A stretch of DNA of 64,000 bases from Eledone cirrhosa (Eukaryota). Each line of letters opens with the position of its first letter. The first letter of the stretch is position 1. Location: the NCBI GenBank assembly GCA_964016885.1, contig OZ024741.1, forward strand, positions 335,668,001-335,732,000. Reading direction: 5' to 3'. The translations under genes were made by a program, and so were the position numbers. The notes under the pieces were generated by a model, which had not been told where the DNA came from, made no database searches, and saw nothing but the letters and a program-made list of their open reading frames with translations. This document shows positions 25,820-39,784 of the stretch, piece by piece.

Positions 25820-27185
25820 TGTCTAATTTCGACAAAATGCCAGCAATTTGTCAGGTGTGGGGTGGGGAGGGAAAGTTGATCACATTGATCCCAGTATTTG
25901 ACTGACACTTTATCAACCCCCAGAAGAGTAAAAGGCAATGTTGACCTTAGTGGGATTTGAACTCAGAACATAGAGGACCATAATGGAATACTGTAATGTA
26001 TTTCATTTGACGCACTAATGATTCTACCATTCTACTAGCCTCAATAATAATAATAATTGTTTCTACTTTTGGCACAAGGCCAGCAATTATCCCAGTGTAT
26101 TACTGGTACTTTATTTTATCGACCCTGTAAGGATGAAAGGCTAAGTTAACCTCAGCGGGAATTGAACTCAGGTCATAAAGGGATTTAACTCTATGCTTCA
26201 AAACATGGTGTCCGACCCTCTACCTATACTGCCAGTCCACACGATGATGATGGTAATAAGGCTTCCTATAGAGCCTGTGCAAAAAGCATGCCTCCTTGGT
26301 ACAGCCAGGATAATTAGGAAAGTGATGGACACCACTTAGAAGATGAGAAAGCAATTCTTATCTTCATTTCTGAAATGGAGCCTGATGGTAAGAAAAACAT
26401 TACTGGTAGTTAGCATCAATACTGTGTGAACACAAACAATAATAATTGTTTCTACTTTTGGCACAAGGCCAGCAATTACCCAGTACATTACTGGTACTTT
26501 ATTTTATCGACCCCGTAAGGATGAAAGGCAAAGTTAACCTCGGCGGGATTTGAATTCAGAATGGCAAGGGACGTAACTCAATACGTCAAAGCATGGTGTC
26601 CGACCCTCTACCGATACTGCCAATCCACCGCCCTAACACAAACAATAATAATAATAATGATTTCTATTATCGGCACAAAGCAGCAATTTTTTTCTGGGTG
26701 GGTGGGAGTGGAATGTTGATTAAATTGACCCCAGTGCATTACTAGTACTTAATTTTATTGACCTTGTAAGGATGAAAGACAAATCTATTCTTGGTAGGAT
26801 TTAAACTCAGAACGTAAAGAGACGTAACTATATGCAGCATAGTATGTTGTCCGACACTGTTGATATTCTATCCACCACTCTATAATAATGATAATAGTAA
26901 TTATAATAATTGTGTCTACCCTAGGCACAAGGCCAGAAATTTGGGGGGGAAGGGAAAGTCGATTAAATTGACCTCAGTACGTTACTGGTACTTTATTTTA
27001 TCGACCCTGTAAGGATGAAAGGCAAAGTTAACCCAGAACGCAAAGGGTCATAACTCTATGCTGCAAAGCATGGTGTCTGATGCCCTAATAATAATAGTAA
27101 ATGTTTCTACTATAAGCACAAGGCCAGAAATTTGGGGGGAGGAGAAAGTCGATTACATTGACCACAGTGTGTGACTGGTACTTAT
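25820..27185 (-). mobile_element. Cluster of SINE family B copies (full copy 26445-26634 with TSD) plus a short RLE-LINE end at 26270-26430
   Basis: Direct repeat AACACAAACAATAATAAT flanks the full copy. Plus-strand fragment VQKACLLGTARIIRKVMDT. Confidence 0.8.
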
Positions 27186-27509
27186 AATAATTATCTTTTT
27201 ATTAGTCACAAAGTCGTGCACACAGAAATACTTAAACATAGGACTGGACAAAGTTATGTAGAGACGAGTGGGGTCAGGACATCATACAAAAGACAAATAA
27301 ATTTGATAAAATGTCATAAGTATAAAAAGTATTACACAACACAGTATACAATATAAAACATAAGCCATTTAGGGTTACCCACCCACATGCAAGTTCAAAC
27401 CTATTAGTGAAGTTGATATCTGCTTGCCCAGCATTCATTATATACTTCCCAAGGATCATTGAGATCCAAAGTAAGAATTTTTGATGGTGACTTCATCTAC
27501 AAAAGCATA

Positions 27510-27955
27510 TACGAGGGTCAGCTGAAAAGTTCATAGGCTGACCAAGATACTCTCATGGAATGACCAAATGAGGTTTATTTTTCAACGTAGTCCTTGGAAA
27601 GAAACACTGCAGTTATTAATAAGTGTTGAAATTAATGCACGCAAAATTTTACAGCTCTAGCATCAATCCTTTATTGTCAGCCTATGCACTTTTCAGCCTA
27701 CCCTCATGTATGTGTGTGTGTGTGTGTATGTGTGCGTGTGTATATATATATATATGAGACGGATGAAAAGTTCATAGGCTGACCAAGATATTCTCATTAA
27801 ATGACCGAATGAGGTTTATTTTTCAACAGAGTCCCTGGAAAGAAACAATGCAGTTATTGATAAGAAGAGTTGAAATTAATGCATGCAAGATTTCACAGCT
27901 CTAGCTAGCATCAATCTTTCATAGTCAGCCTATGAACTTTTCAGCTGACTCTTGT
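27510..27955. mobile_element. Two tandem mariner-type MITEs (third, inverted copy at about 21447-21640)
   Basis: TA-CGAGGGTCAGCTGAAAAGTTCATAGGCTGAC ... GTCAGCCTATGMACTTTTCAGC TIRs. Confidence 0.8.
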
Positions 27956-28767
27956 CTGGAGGGAAGTGCTCTGTATCTATTTGTATACCTATTTTGTTGT
28001 CAGAAATAAACAACAACAAAATAACAACAACAACAACAACAATAATACACAGTATAGTAAAATACAGAATTATAGAAACAAATGCTTACATATTTGCAAC
28101 ATTTTTATTATTATTATTATAAACAACTTATTTTGCAAATAAAATATTTTCTGAAATAAAATGATTTTTCTTGACGAAATTCATAAACTACCATAACAAA
28201 AAACATTATTATTTTTATATTTTCTTCAATGTTAAATTTGATTTAGCATAGTAAATGTTAATACCATTAACATTAGCATATTTATTTTTATTTATTTTAC
28301 TAATATTAAAAATATTCTCCTTTGTATTTAAAGGAACAATTTAGTAATGTATTAACTCAACTGAAATTTTTGTTTCTTGTTTGTTTTTTGTTTTGTTACT
28401 ATTATTTATTATTTAATGGTGGTGGTGGTGGTGGTAGCAGTGTTGGTTGTGATGATTTGTTGTGGTTGTGACTGTGGTTGTGCTGGTGGCTGTCGTGGTG
28501 GTAGTGGTGGTGCCTGTGGTGGTGGTAGTGGCTGTGGTTGTAGTACTGGTTGTGGTGGTAGCAGTGGTGGTGGTAGTAGTTGTGATTGTGTGGTAGCTGT
28601 GGTGGTGAGGAGTTTATTTTGTTATTTATGAAGAAATAATAAATATGAAACACGTTATGTAATTTTTATGATAAAATAATGGAACAATAAATGTTTGACC
28701 TTTTAAAATATTGGCTGAGAATTTATGAAGATTTTTCTTCTTAATTAATTTTGCTTTTCCATCCTAG

Positions 28768-28808
28768 GTTTTTGCCATTATTGGAGGCTTGCCTTACTGA
28801 AGTATCAG
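28768..28808 (+). CDS. Candidate internal exon of the unknown host gene
   Basis: Acceptor TTTTGCTTTTCCATCCTAG, reads (G)FCHYWRLALLKYQ, donor CAG|GTGATA. Phase 1 to 0 fits both neighbours. Confidence 0.35.
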
Positions 28809-29555
28809 GTGATATCAGAGGGGGGTAATTGATTATTCAAGCACCTTAGCCTTGCTATCATCTATCACAATACTGTGATTTGGCTTGCCTTACCAATGGC
28901 AAATTGGCAGAGTCATTAGAACATCAGATAGAATGTTTTATGGTATTCCTTCAAGCTCTCTGAACTCTGAGTTCAAATCCTTCTGAGGTCAACTTTGCCT
29001 TTTATCCTTTTGAGGTCGATAAAAAGTACCAGTCTAGTCCGGGGGTCGAACTTTTCCTCTCTCTGGAAGAAATCTACTGTACTCAGCCCTAGAGAGGGAT
29101 GGGCTCTGCCAGGCTTAAAATGGTCAAGAAACACTATGTCAATATGGTGCCTCTATGACTCTATCAGGTGTTAGAGGACCATACCATACCAACATATCAC
29201 GTGATATCAGGAAGGATAATTGATTACTCAAGCACCTTCGCCCTGCTATCAACTGTCGCAATACTGTGATTTGGCTCGCATTACCAATGTATCAGGTACT
29301 TGGTTATTTTAGTGTCTTAGCCTCGCTATCACCTGTGACAATACTGTGAGTGACTTAGCTTATCTTACCAACGTATCAGGTGCTATAGGTGAGGGTGCTT
29401 TATTCCAGCACCTAGTTTCACTATCACCTGTAACAATGCTCAGGCTTGGCTTGCCTAACTGACATATCAGGAGATATCAGGGAGGGTACTTTATTATTCC
29501 AGTGTCTTAGCTTTGCTATCACTTGTGGCAATACTCTGAGGGACTTAGCTTGCCT
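28785..29555. repeat. Diverged ~90-bp tandem repeat interrupted by a SINE B fragment
   Basis: Recurring GTATCAGGTGATATCAG...CTTAGCCTTGCTATCA..CAATACTGTGA. Confidence 0.7.
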
Positions 29556-29658
29556 AAAAGATTAGTAGTGGGGGAAACTCCATGTACAGCCTTCTTCCAC
29601 TTTTTTTCTCTATTTAAAAGATATAAATTTGTGTTTATTTGTATACATAATTATGTGA

Positions 29659-29699
<41 letters not shown>

Positions 29700-29984
29700 C
29701 ATCCAGTCCTAAATAAATGAGGTTATATAGGTGTCACAACAAAAAATCACACAGTCCACGCTGTAATGTGGCTGTGTAGGTAACACGGTAAAAACCTCCC
29801 AGTCCACACTGTAAATGTGGTTGGTGCTAGGAAGGACATCCAGCCGTAGAAAACCCGCCAGATAGTCCTATGCGAGCAAGACAACCACTCTTGCCTCAAG
29901 TGGGAAAATTCCCCTCCAAACCCATGCAAGCGTGGAAGATTGATGTTAAACGATGATGATGATAATGATATATATATATATATC

Positions 29985-30419
29985 CTGTCAAAACGCCACA
30001 CCCCGCCAGTCACATCAACCTCTGACCCTCACCACTAACTCATCACTACTCTCACCCTTCCCACCTACACTACAGGTGAAAACATTCCTCGTAATTAATC
30101 CACCAATCAAAACAACTTTTACTGACCAACATATGAACATTAGACCTTTTCGTACACCATGTATATTCTTTCTGTCAAAGGTGCGATGAGCCATTGATTA
30201 CAGAGTAGATCGATACAGATCGAACCTTCAGCTGATCAATAACGAAACGTGCGTCACCAACCAATAAACGTAATGAAGGAGTAACCATTCGTCCTTGTTG
30301 TATTATATATATAATTGGTGTTGGGTGCTTAAAGCGTCGGTATGCGGTAGGCCGTATGAGCACTCAATGCCCTCGTAGGGCAGAGTATGATATCACAGAA
30401 AAATATCACAGAAATATAT

Positions 30420-30425
<6 letters not shown>
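29985..30425. mobile_element. Two Penelope-like 3' ends meeting tail-to-tail at a (TA)n tract
   Basis: Plus-strand GGT-gcGATGA-long stem II (ATTGAT..CAG/CTGATCAAT)-GAAAC GTGC GTC-ACC then AATAAA. 30310-30400 is the reverse complement of 42025-42110. Confidence 0.55.
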
Positions 30426-30461
<36 letters not shown>

Positions 30462-30599
30462 TTATTATTGTTATTTAAAAGTTCCTTTTAATTCTGCTTC
30501 TTTCCCAAACCATGCTAAGTGTCAATCTTACACGTGAGGTAAAATTTAATGATACACACATTTTACAATCAATTGTCATACAAATGATATTACAAGAGC

Positions 30600-31285
30600 A
30601 CAAACAACATTTAAATGTCTTTGCAAGGTTTTAAAATTGATAATGCCCTTCTCAGGACAGGGAAAGTGCCAATCAGCACTATTTTCTGTATCTCTTACAG
30701 AGATGGCTTACCAGGCATCTGGTCCAAATATTTTTTAGTTCCCTTTTTTATCATTTCAAGTGCGCCGACTATCACTAGTAATGCACAGGTCTTAAGATGC
30801 CAGATTTTCTCAATTTCAATTGATAGATCTTCATAATTACAGAGCTTTCCAAACCCTTTCAGGGAGATGTTACAATCTGATGGAATGCTCATTTCAATTA
30901 AGAACAATGTTTTCTTTTTATGGTCCTTCTCAATTATATCAGGTATCTGGCCTCTGATTGTTCTGTCAGTATTCACAGGGAAATCCCATAGGATTGTCAG
31001 GTTCTTGCCGCCTGTTACTATATCTGTGTGATGGTGTATCATTTACCCTCCGTTTTGCAGACCTTACAACCTGCACATTACCTAGTATAAATATTGCCCC
31101 ACTCTATCATGCCTCGTTTTATATTCTTGGGGAGCTAATACTTTGCAGCCTGAAACCAGGTGGGCAATGGTCTCAACATGCTCATCACAGAATTGATACT
31201 TTGGATCAGTTCCATTTCTGGTCACATTGGCTTGAAAGTTGTACATATTATTGTGGTTTGGCAGTATCAGTAGAGTGTCAGACAC
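30600..31285 (-). mobile_element. RLE-type (R4/Dong-like) LINE 3' fragment
   Basis: Degraded CCHC knuckle CDEHVETIAHLVSGC, RHD, and ILWDF..TDRTI...PDII...IEMSIP...IVGAL restriction-like endonuclease motifs. Confidence 0.85.
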
Positions 31286-31987
31286 CATGTTTTGCAGCAT
31301 AGAGTTATGCTGTTGAGGTTAACTTTGCCTTTCATCCTTACGGGGTCGATGAAATAAAGCACCAGTAACATACTAGGATCAATTTAATCAACTTTCTCCT
31401 CCTCCCAAATTACTGGCTTTGTGCCTATACTAAAAATCATTATTATTATTACTAGCAGAAAAACCTCCCTTCGGATGGTTTTCTGCTAACATGTGTAGTG
31501 TGCATATTGAATTTATACACAAATATATATACATGTAGATATGATACGTCAAATGAAATCGTAATTGACAATATACACAGAAATTGAATGAAGTCTGTGT
31601 TACACTCTCTTCTGTAATCAGTAATGTAATCCATGATACATTAATAAAAACGATATTATATATAAACTGCATATATAATAAACTAAAATGTTATGAAACG
31701 AAAAAAGGAGAAAATTAACAATGGAAATATAAACCTTATATAACAATGTAAATATATGAACGTTTATATAAGCGATGTGATAAACGTTATAATATAACGG
31801 ATGCTAACCGGAAGTGTTGACATTTGAAAATTTTAAAGAAGTGAATCTTAAAATAAGCAATACTTTATATATATATTTATATATATATTTGTATATATGT
31901 ATTTATATATATATTTGTTTAATCAAGAGCTATGAAATTTAGTAGATAAATTACATAATATTCATTCATTATTTATTCAAAGTGTCT

Positions 31988-32175
31988 GATGGTGGATTGG
32001 CAGTATCGGTAGAGGGTCGGACGCCATGCTTTCCAGCATAGTTACGTCCCTTTACGATCTGAGTTCAAATCCCACCGAGTTTGACTTTGCCTTTCATCCT
32101 TACGGGGTCGATAAAATAAAGTACCAGTAATGCACTGGGTAATTGCTGGCCTTGTGCCTAAAGTAGAAACAATTA
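31988..32175 (+). mobile_element. SINE family B with TSD
   Basis: Flanked by the direct repeat ATTATTTATTCAAAGT. Confidence 0.85.
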
Positions 32176-33185
32176 TTTATTCAAAGTAATCCAACTTATT
32201 TTACTAACGGGATAAATAAAATATAAAACGGACGCTGTCCCACACTCCTCCCTTTATTATATTATATATTATAAATTCTTAATGTAGCTGGATGCTATGC
32301 AAGGTTTCAAAGTCTACTCTTTTTAACATCTTGTATTTCTTATTGCGCTCTATGTTCTGTCTTCAAATCCACCTAAGGACAACTTTACCTTTCATCTTTT
32401 TGGGATTGATAAAATGAATTACCAAACCACTATGGTGGATTGATGGAATTGTAAGAGTATCAGATAAAATACCCTGTGGTATCATTTCTGGTGCTGTGTT
32501 TTCTAGGTTCAGATTCCACCTAGGGATTTAAACCCTCCACTGATGGGCAGAGGGCTAATTACTGGAATATGAAACCACAACTGTTAATGAAAGCTGCAAT
32601 GGGTAGTAGGGGACTGTATCAGTCTGCTACTGTTGTTGGTGTTAGTGCTTGTGGTCGAGTGGAGGTGGTTTTGCTGGATGTTTTTGTGGTGATGTGTTTG
32701 CAGTGGTGGTGGTGGTGGTGGTGTTGTTGTAGGTAGTGATGTTGTTTGTGGTGATGTTGTAGTTGGTGGCAGTGTTGTTGGTGACAATGTTGTTGTTGAT
32801 GATGTTGATGATGATCATTGTAGTGGCAGTGGTGATGGTGATGGTGCTGGCAGTCATGTTGTTGGTGCTGGTGGTGTTGATGATATTGGTGGTGATGATG
32901 GTTGTGTTGATGCTGTTATTGATGGTGATGTTGGTGATGATGTTGTTGTTGGTGCTGGTGAGTTTTTTGTTGGAGATGATGTTGTGGTGATGATGATTGT
33001 AGTGGTGATGATGTTGGTGATGACAGTGATGTTGTTGTTGGTTGTGATATTGGTGATGGCGATGATGATGATGATGATGGTCCTAGTGGCAATGGTTTTC
33101 TTCTCTTTATTCCTGTTTTTTATTTTTTTATTTTATTTCTTTTATATTTTGTTGAATAATTTATTTTCTGTTGCTTTTATTGCAG

Positions 33186-33342
33186 TATTCTCAGCAAGAG
33201 TCGAAGACCTCTGATGGCTGGAAAGATAAAGTAACTACAATGAATGCCCCCTACTGTTACAATGAAACATCTCCTATAATTGACTGTGTCCATGGCTCTA
33301 CTAACAGGGCTGGGGATGTACAGCACCTTGAGGATTTGTTAG
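33186..33342 (+). CDS. Candidate internal exon of the unknown host gene
   Basis: Long pyrimidine tract ending TTGCAG, open frame YSQQESKTSDGWKDK...QHLEDLL, donor AG|GTCAGT. Phase 0 to 1. Confidence 0.55.
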
Positions 33343-34544
33343 GTCAGTATCACTTCCCCTATTTTACTTTTTAATGACCACAATCACTACCATCATCAAT
33401 AATCTGTGTGTCAGGTGGTGCTTCTGTTTGTTTGTGTTTTGGGTTTTTTTTTTATTGATTTTATGATTTGTGTGTAAGACACACACATAGAGGCATACAT
33501 GCATGCGTACACATAGATAGGTATACACAAATATATGTACATACAAACACACCTACACACACACACACAGACTGGTACACACATGTACACACACATACAG
33601 ACAGATATACAAGCATACACACATGCACATATGCACACACAAATATAAGCACACATTCAAACACTTGCGCACATACACAAGTATGAACCAACACATAAAC
33701 ACAGTCATACATATACATGTGCACAGATATACATATATGGTATGCTCGCATGCACATACACGCATACTGGCATGCATACACATACACGTGAGAACACACA
33801 CATAAACATAGATGCTCACACACACTCATAAATATGCATGCAAACATACACATACATTCAGACATGCACACACACACGTACATACACCCACACACACACA
33901 TGCATGCACATATATATATATATATATACACACTTCGTGGCATAGTCGCACAAACATGCACACATTTCTGAGTGCACTAATGCAAACATCTGCTTGTTTA
34001 TTCATAGTCACAAACTCCGGTATGTTTCCTCGTGGCTAAAATTCAACTAGAGCATCCTGCTGTGTCAGTGAATCAAGACTTTATCATGAAAGAGAAATAT
34101 CTCCCATTAAAAAAACAAAACAAAAAAAACAACAGAATCCCCCTCCAAAAATATAATAAAAATAAAAAAACCTCTTCCTACATTCAGTAGATAACTCTCC
34201 AATCTTTGGAGGGAAAAAAGAAATGAAGCAAAGCAGAAGACATTTTGAATATCAAATGTTGTGATATTTGTGATTTCTTAAACTTATTTAATTTTTTCTC
34301 CTTAATTTATTGGTGATGTTCTGGTTATTTCATTTGTTGATTTTCTTCTATTATCATTTTATCTAGTTGATTGAGTTAACATACTTAAAGATTAGTTTAA
34401 TAACCATTATTTCATTAAATTTGATTTGTTTCATTAAGAAATTGATGATCAAAGATGGTGTATTGCCTTGTGAATATAATTGTGGGTTTCCTTGTCATAT
34501 ATATTTCTCTTATGTATCTCTTCATCACTATATATATATATATA

Positions 34545-35418
34545 GACCGAATTAGCAGCGGAGGTGGCTGTTCAGAAAGTACAATAACTAGGGTAAGAAT
34601 GGGATGGAAGAAGTTCAGGGAGCTACTGCCACTGCTAGCTGCAAAAGGCTTTTCCCTCAAAATGAAAGGCAGACTGTATGATGCGTGTATACGAACAGCA
34701 ATGTTACATGGTAGTGAAACCTGGGCGCTGTCTGTAGAAGACTTGTGCAGATTAGAAAGAAACGAAGCTTGCAAGCTCCGATGGATATGTAATAGTAATA
34801 TATGCAAACGGCAAAGCATAAATGAATTGAGAGAGAGACTGAGCATAAAACAAATCAAATGGTGTGTGCAGGAGAGGAAGTTGAGTTGGTATGGACATGT
34901 GATGCGTATGAAAGATGTCAGCTGCATAAAAAGGTGCAGAGCACTAGAAGTCGATGGAAGCCGCGGAGTGGGGAGACCCAAGAAGACCTGGGATGAGGTG
35001 ATAAAAGCCAACCTTACCCAATTGCACCTCTCAAGGGCAATGACACACGACCGTGACCTCTGGCGTCATGCAGTAATACAAAGATCCGACATCCCACGCG
35101 AACAAGCCGAAGCTGAAGCATATAGACAATGTGTCCCCCCTCCCCCTCCCACTGCAAAGTGGTCGTGGAGGAGCCACGGCAAAAAAGCACCCAGCCCACA
35201 CTGTAAAGTGGACGTGTAGGCGCCACAGAAAAAAAGGCACTCACTGTAAATGAGGTTGGTGTTAGGAAGGGCATCCAGCTGTAGAAATCAAGCCAGAATC
35301 AGTTTCTGTATGAGCAAGACAAGGTCAGCCGACTGGACACTGCCCACAACAGGACAACCCGTCTAGCCCATGCTAGCGTGGAAGAACGGACGTAAAACGG
35401 TAATGATGATGAGGATGA
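34545..35418 (+). mobile_element. 5'-truncated RTE-clade LINE
   Basis: RVRMGWKKFREL...LHGSETW...LSWYGHVMRM...GRPKKTW. 3'UTR shared with SINE A. Confidence 0.9.
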
Positions 35419-35521
35419 TATATCAGTGGTATATATCATCATCATCATCATTATCATCATTGGCAGATGGACGTTAAATGATGATGATGATGATGATGAT
35501 GATATATACCACTGATATCTC

Positions 35522-35555
<34 letters not shown>

Positions 35556-35598
35556 ATGTGTATATATCTCCCTTCCTCATATATATATATATATATAT

Positions 35599-35801
35599 AG
35601 TAATAATAATAAATTAGAAGACTAAAATCCAAAGAGAGCTCGATAAGGATGAACCGTAGAGGAAATATTTATTAAAATAACAGATTAAAGTTTAAGCAAA
35701 GGATCACTGCTTTCACCCTTAACGGGATCTTCAGAAGATCCCGTTAAGGGTGACAGCAGCGATTCTTTGCTTAAACTTTAATCTATTATTTTAATAAATA
35801 T
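35599..35801 (-). mobile_element. Fold-back element, family D, with hammerhead core
   Basis: 68-bp arms around A35733. Minus strand CTGAAGA-TCCCGTTAAGGGT-GAAA. (TA)n on both sides. Confidence 0.75.
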
Positions 35802-35821
35802 ATATATATATATATATATAT

Positions 35822-37709
35822 GTTGTTCCGAAGGACTGGCATAGCAGCATCATCGTTAACTGTTATAAAGGTAAAGGAGATGCCCTAGATAGGAGTAACT
35901 ATAGAGGCATTAAATTAATCGACCAGGTCATGAAGGTCACGGAAAAAGTAATAGCGCAACTAATCAGAGAGAGAATTGACTTAGATGAAATGCAGTTCGG
36001 GTTTGTGTCAGGCAAAAGTACCACAGACGCTCTTTTCATTGTACGACAACTACAGGAGAAGTACCTAGCTAAAAGTAAACCCCTCTACTTAGCTTTTGTC
36101 GACTTGGAGAAAGCCTTCGACAGAGTCCCCCGTTCCATTATCTGGTGGGCCCTTAGAAAACTAGGTGTCGACGAATGGCTTGTGAGAGCTATACAAGCCA
36201 TGTATAAAGAAACAGTCAGCAAGGTTAGAATTAACAACGAATATAGTGAAGAGTTTAGCGTAAAAGTTGGCGTCCATCAGGGCTCTGTTCTCAGCCCCCT
36301 ACTATTTATTATTGCCCTTCAGGCTATAACAGAGGAGTTTAAGACCGGCTGCCCATGGGAACTCCTATACGCAGACGACCTAACACTCATAGCTGAATCA
36401 ATGGCCGAGCTAGAGAAGAAATTCCAAACATGGAAGCACGGCCTAGAATCAAAAGGCCTTAAAATTAATCTGGCTAAGACCAAAGTTTTAGTTTGTAGGA
36501 AAGAAAATAAGGCGGCGGTCCCTTCCGGGAAGTGGCCATGCTCAGTGTGTAGGAAAGGCGTAGGTAAAAACTTCATTTTGTGTCAGAAATGCAAAGTATG
36601 GGTGCATAAAAGATGTAGTGGGATCACAGGTAAGCTAACTAAGAACATAGATTTCACATGTGGCCGGTGCTCTGGTGCAATAAGTAGCAGCAAGTACCCA
36701 CAAAATACTAGCTCTTTCAACTGCGCAGAGGGCTCTAGAAATAGTGGACAGCTTCCGTTACCTGGGTGACAAAATCAGCAGTGGGGGAGGGTGCTCTGAA
36801 AGTACAGTAGCTAGAGTCAGAACTGGATGGAAAAAGTTCAGAGAGCTTATACCACTATTAGCCGCTAAAGGGTTCTCCCTAAAAATGAAAGGCAGGTTGT
36901 ATGATGCCTGCATACGAACAGCAATGTTGCATGGCAGTGAGACCTGGGCATTGTGTGCAGAGGATATACGCAGACTAGAGAGGAACGAAGCTTGCATGCT
37001 CCGCTGGATGTGTAATAGTAATATACGTGAACGGCAAAGCATAAACGAACTAAGGAAAAAATTAGAAATAAGGGGGATCAGATGTTGTTTACTCGAGAGA
37101 AGGCTACGTTGGTATGGTCACGTGATGCGCATGAAAGTCGATAGCTGTATAACAAAGTGCAGGGCAATAAAGATAGACGGTAGCCACGGAATAGGCAGAC
37201 CTAGAAAAACCTGGGATGAGCTGATAAACTCCGACCTCACACACTTACACCTCTCCAAGACAATGTCACTGGACCAAGACCTTTGGCGGTACTCAGTAAT
37301 AGAGAAGACCCGCCTTACCTAAATACAAAGTAAAACCTACTACAGTCAGTAGGCATCTCTAATAAAACAAACCCCCGTCCCACCACCCCCACCCCATCCA
37401 CACCGCCCCCTTCTATGTAAAGTTATGTTGGTGCCACACCATCCAGGCCGAAACAAATGAGATCGTGTAGGTGTCACGACAAAAAAAACACACAGTCCAT
37501 GCTATAATGTGGCTGTGTAGGTAACACGGTAAAAACCTCCCAGACCCACACTGTAAATGTGGTTGGTGTTAGGAAGGGCATCCAGCTGTAGAAAACCTGC
37601 CAGACAGTCCTATGCGAGCAAGACAATCACTCTTGCCTCAAGTGGGAAAACCCCCGTCCAAACCCATGCAAGCGTGGAACACGGACGTTAAACGTTGATG
37701 ATGATGATG
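35822..37709 (+). mobile_element. 5'-truncated RTE-clade LINE (RT, Cys-rich insert, C-terminus; one frameshift near 36735)
   Basis: NYRGIKL, QFGF, DLEKAFD, GVHQGSVLSP, LLYADD, LRWYGHV motifs. (GAT)n tail. Confidence 0.92.
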
Positions 37710-39784
37710 ATATATATATATACCACTCTCATGTATGTCTTCCTCATATATGGCAATGGATATCATAATTGCTGGAATACTACAACCATGCTACAAGAAG
37801 CATTTAAAGGTTATTTTTGCCTGCCACAGCAGAGGTTTGTTTTGCAGAGCAACATGACAACCATCAATCTCATCATAGAATATTTTTTTAAATCAATATT
37901 TTACAGCCAGGTACCAGCCCTTACAACATAGTATTCTTACAACATGCAAGAATACTGTTTACCTATCAGATATTCACAGCATGCATATTCACAGCACGAG
38001 TACTGAGTTACTATACTCTTATTTTTTATATAGAATACTACTCTATTTTTTTATATAGAGTGCTAGTCCGTTTTCCATGTTTTACACATATTTTTGGCCC
38101 TATTTTCTATTGTTGGATAGGTGCCCTTCTTATCACTAACCATTTTACAACCAGCTCTGATGAGACATATGAGCATAGGCATTCTGGGCGTTATGTTCCA
38201 ACTGATTCACATGTCACAGCTATATTTTACATCTGTCACAAACCTATTACCACTACATCTAATCTGGGCCTATTACCAGCTTTCAGGACCTTACATTCCA
38301 CATTAGATCTGGGCCTATTACCAGCTTTGGGGGCCTAACATTTCATCTTTGGCCTGAGCCTATTACAAGCTTTGTGTGGTCCTGAAGATATTATTGAAAC
38401 AGAAAACTTGACGATATCCGTAACTGTCAAATGCAGTCTAATGAAAGACACTGTCAATGATTTTCAAACCATTAAAAAAATTGTCAAGAATTTGAAGGGA
38501 TTAGTAATATAACTAACTTTCTCATCATTAAGTTGGTGGAACTTAACAAAAGTTTTTCCATGAAATTATGATGGAAGGTCTTTAAATAAATATAAACACT
38601 TTAAAATAAAGATGTTGCATCACACCAGAAGCAGCAGTTTCTGGTGTTATGGTATCAAAAGAATTAAACTGTGTTGAATCTTGGTAATTTCTAGAATTTT
38701 AAGAGACTGATGATGGAGTGTACCCTGTTGATGGAACAGCTTAAGAAGTTCAACTGCCATGAGAAGAGAAAAAAATCATGACATTTAGGGTTCTTGTCCT
38801 TTGAGGAGAGTTAGGGGACAGAGACAGTTAGGGGGAGGAGAGAGAGAGCTAGGAGGCAGAGAGAGAGAGAGCTAGGAGGCAAAGAGAGAGAGAGAGAGTT
38901 AGGAGGCAGAGAGAGAATTAGGGTTGAGAGAGAGTTAGGGAGAGAGAGAATTATAGGGTGGCATTGTTGTTTTGTCTGCATGCTATCTTCACTTCGAAAT
39001 GGCAGAGAAAGAAAGAGAGTTAGGGAACAGGGAGAGTTATGGATTGGTGGTGTTGTTTTGCCTGTAAACTAACTTCTCTCTGGAATGACAGAGAGAGTTA
39101 AGGTGTAGAGAATTATGGGGTGGCATTATTGTTTACTCTGCAAGCTATCTTCACTCCAGAATGGCAATTGAACTTTCCAAAATTGTTGAATGTATTCAAT
39201 ATTTTCCTGTGATAAATGTTGTTAAGTGCTGAAATATTTCTTTCATATTTTTCATTGTTCTTCACTGCAAATCTTTAAGAATATGGTATTTTCAAATCTC
39301 CTTATTTCTATGATGTTTTTTACTGTTTCCATAAGGACATATTGTCGGGTAACTTGTTTATAGTTTTTGTAATAGTGGTTTGGAATGAGGGGTGGTGGTG
39401 AGGGGAGGTGTTGTTGGTGGTGGGCTGGCAGCAGTGGTGTTGAGGTGAAGGGTATGAAACCCTGAGAATGTATCTCTAAATTTAATTCTTTATCTTATTC
39501 TAAGAGCATAATGATTCTCACTTTTCTTTCTTTAGTTTTTTTTCATTATTTTTCTTTCTTTTTCTTCCTTATTATTATTTCTTTTTATTGATTTTTGCCT
39601 TCCCTCTACTCAATGTAAATCTCACTGTTTTTTTTTCATCCTTGTATTGTCTCCAATACTGTGTGCCTTTATGACTAATAAAAATAAACATTCTTCCACT
39701 GGGGTAGATTAAATTGACTTTCTCCTGCCCTTCAAATTGCTGCCCTTGTGCCTAAATCAGGAACCATTATTATTGTTATCATTC

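Noticed and set aside
28420-28610. Gly/Cys-rich and His-rich ORFs
   Set aside because: Degenerate (GGT)n microsatellite.
31806-31817. ETS-like CCGGAAGTG motif
   Set aside because: A single short motif with no supporting exon or promoter structure.
38810-39120. Scattered TTAGGG motifs
   Set aside because: Embedded in AG-rich low-complexity sequence; not a tandem telomeric array.
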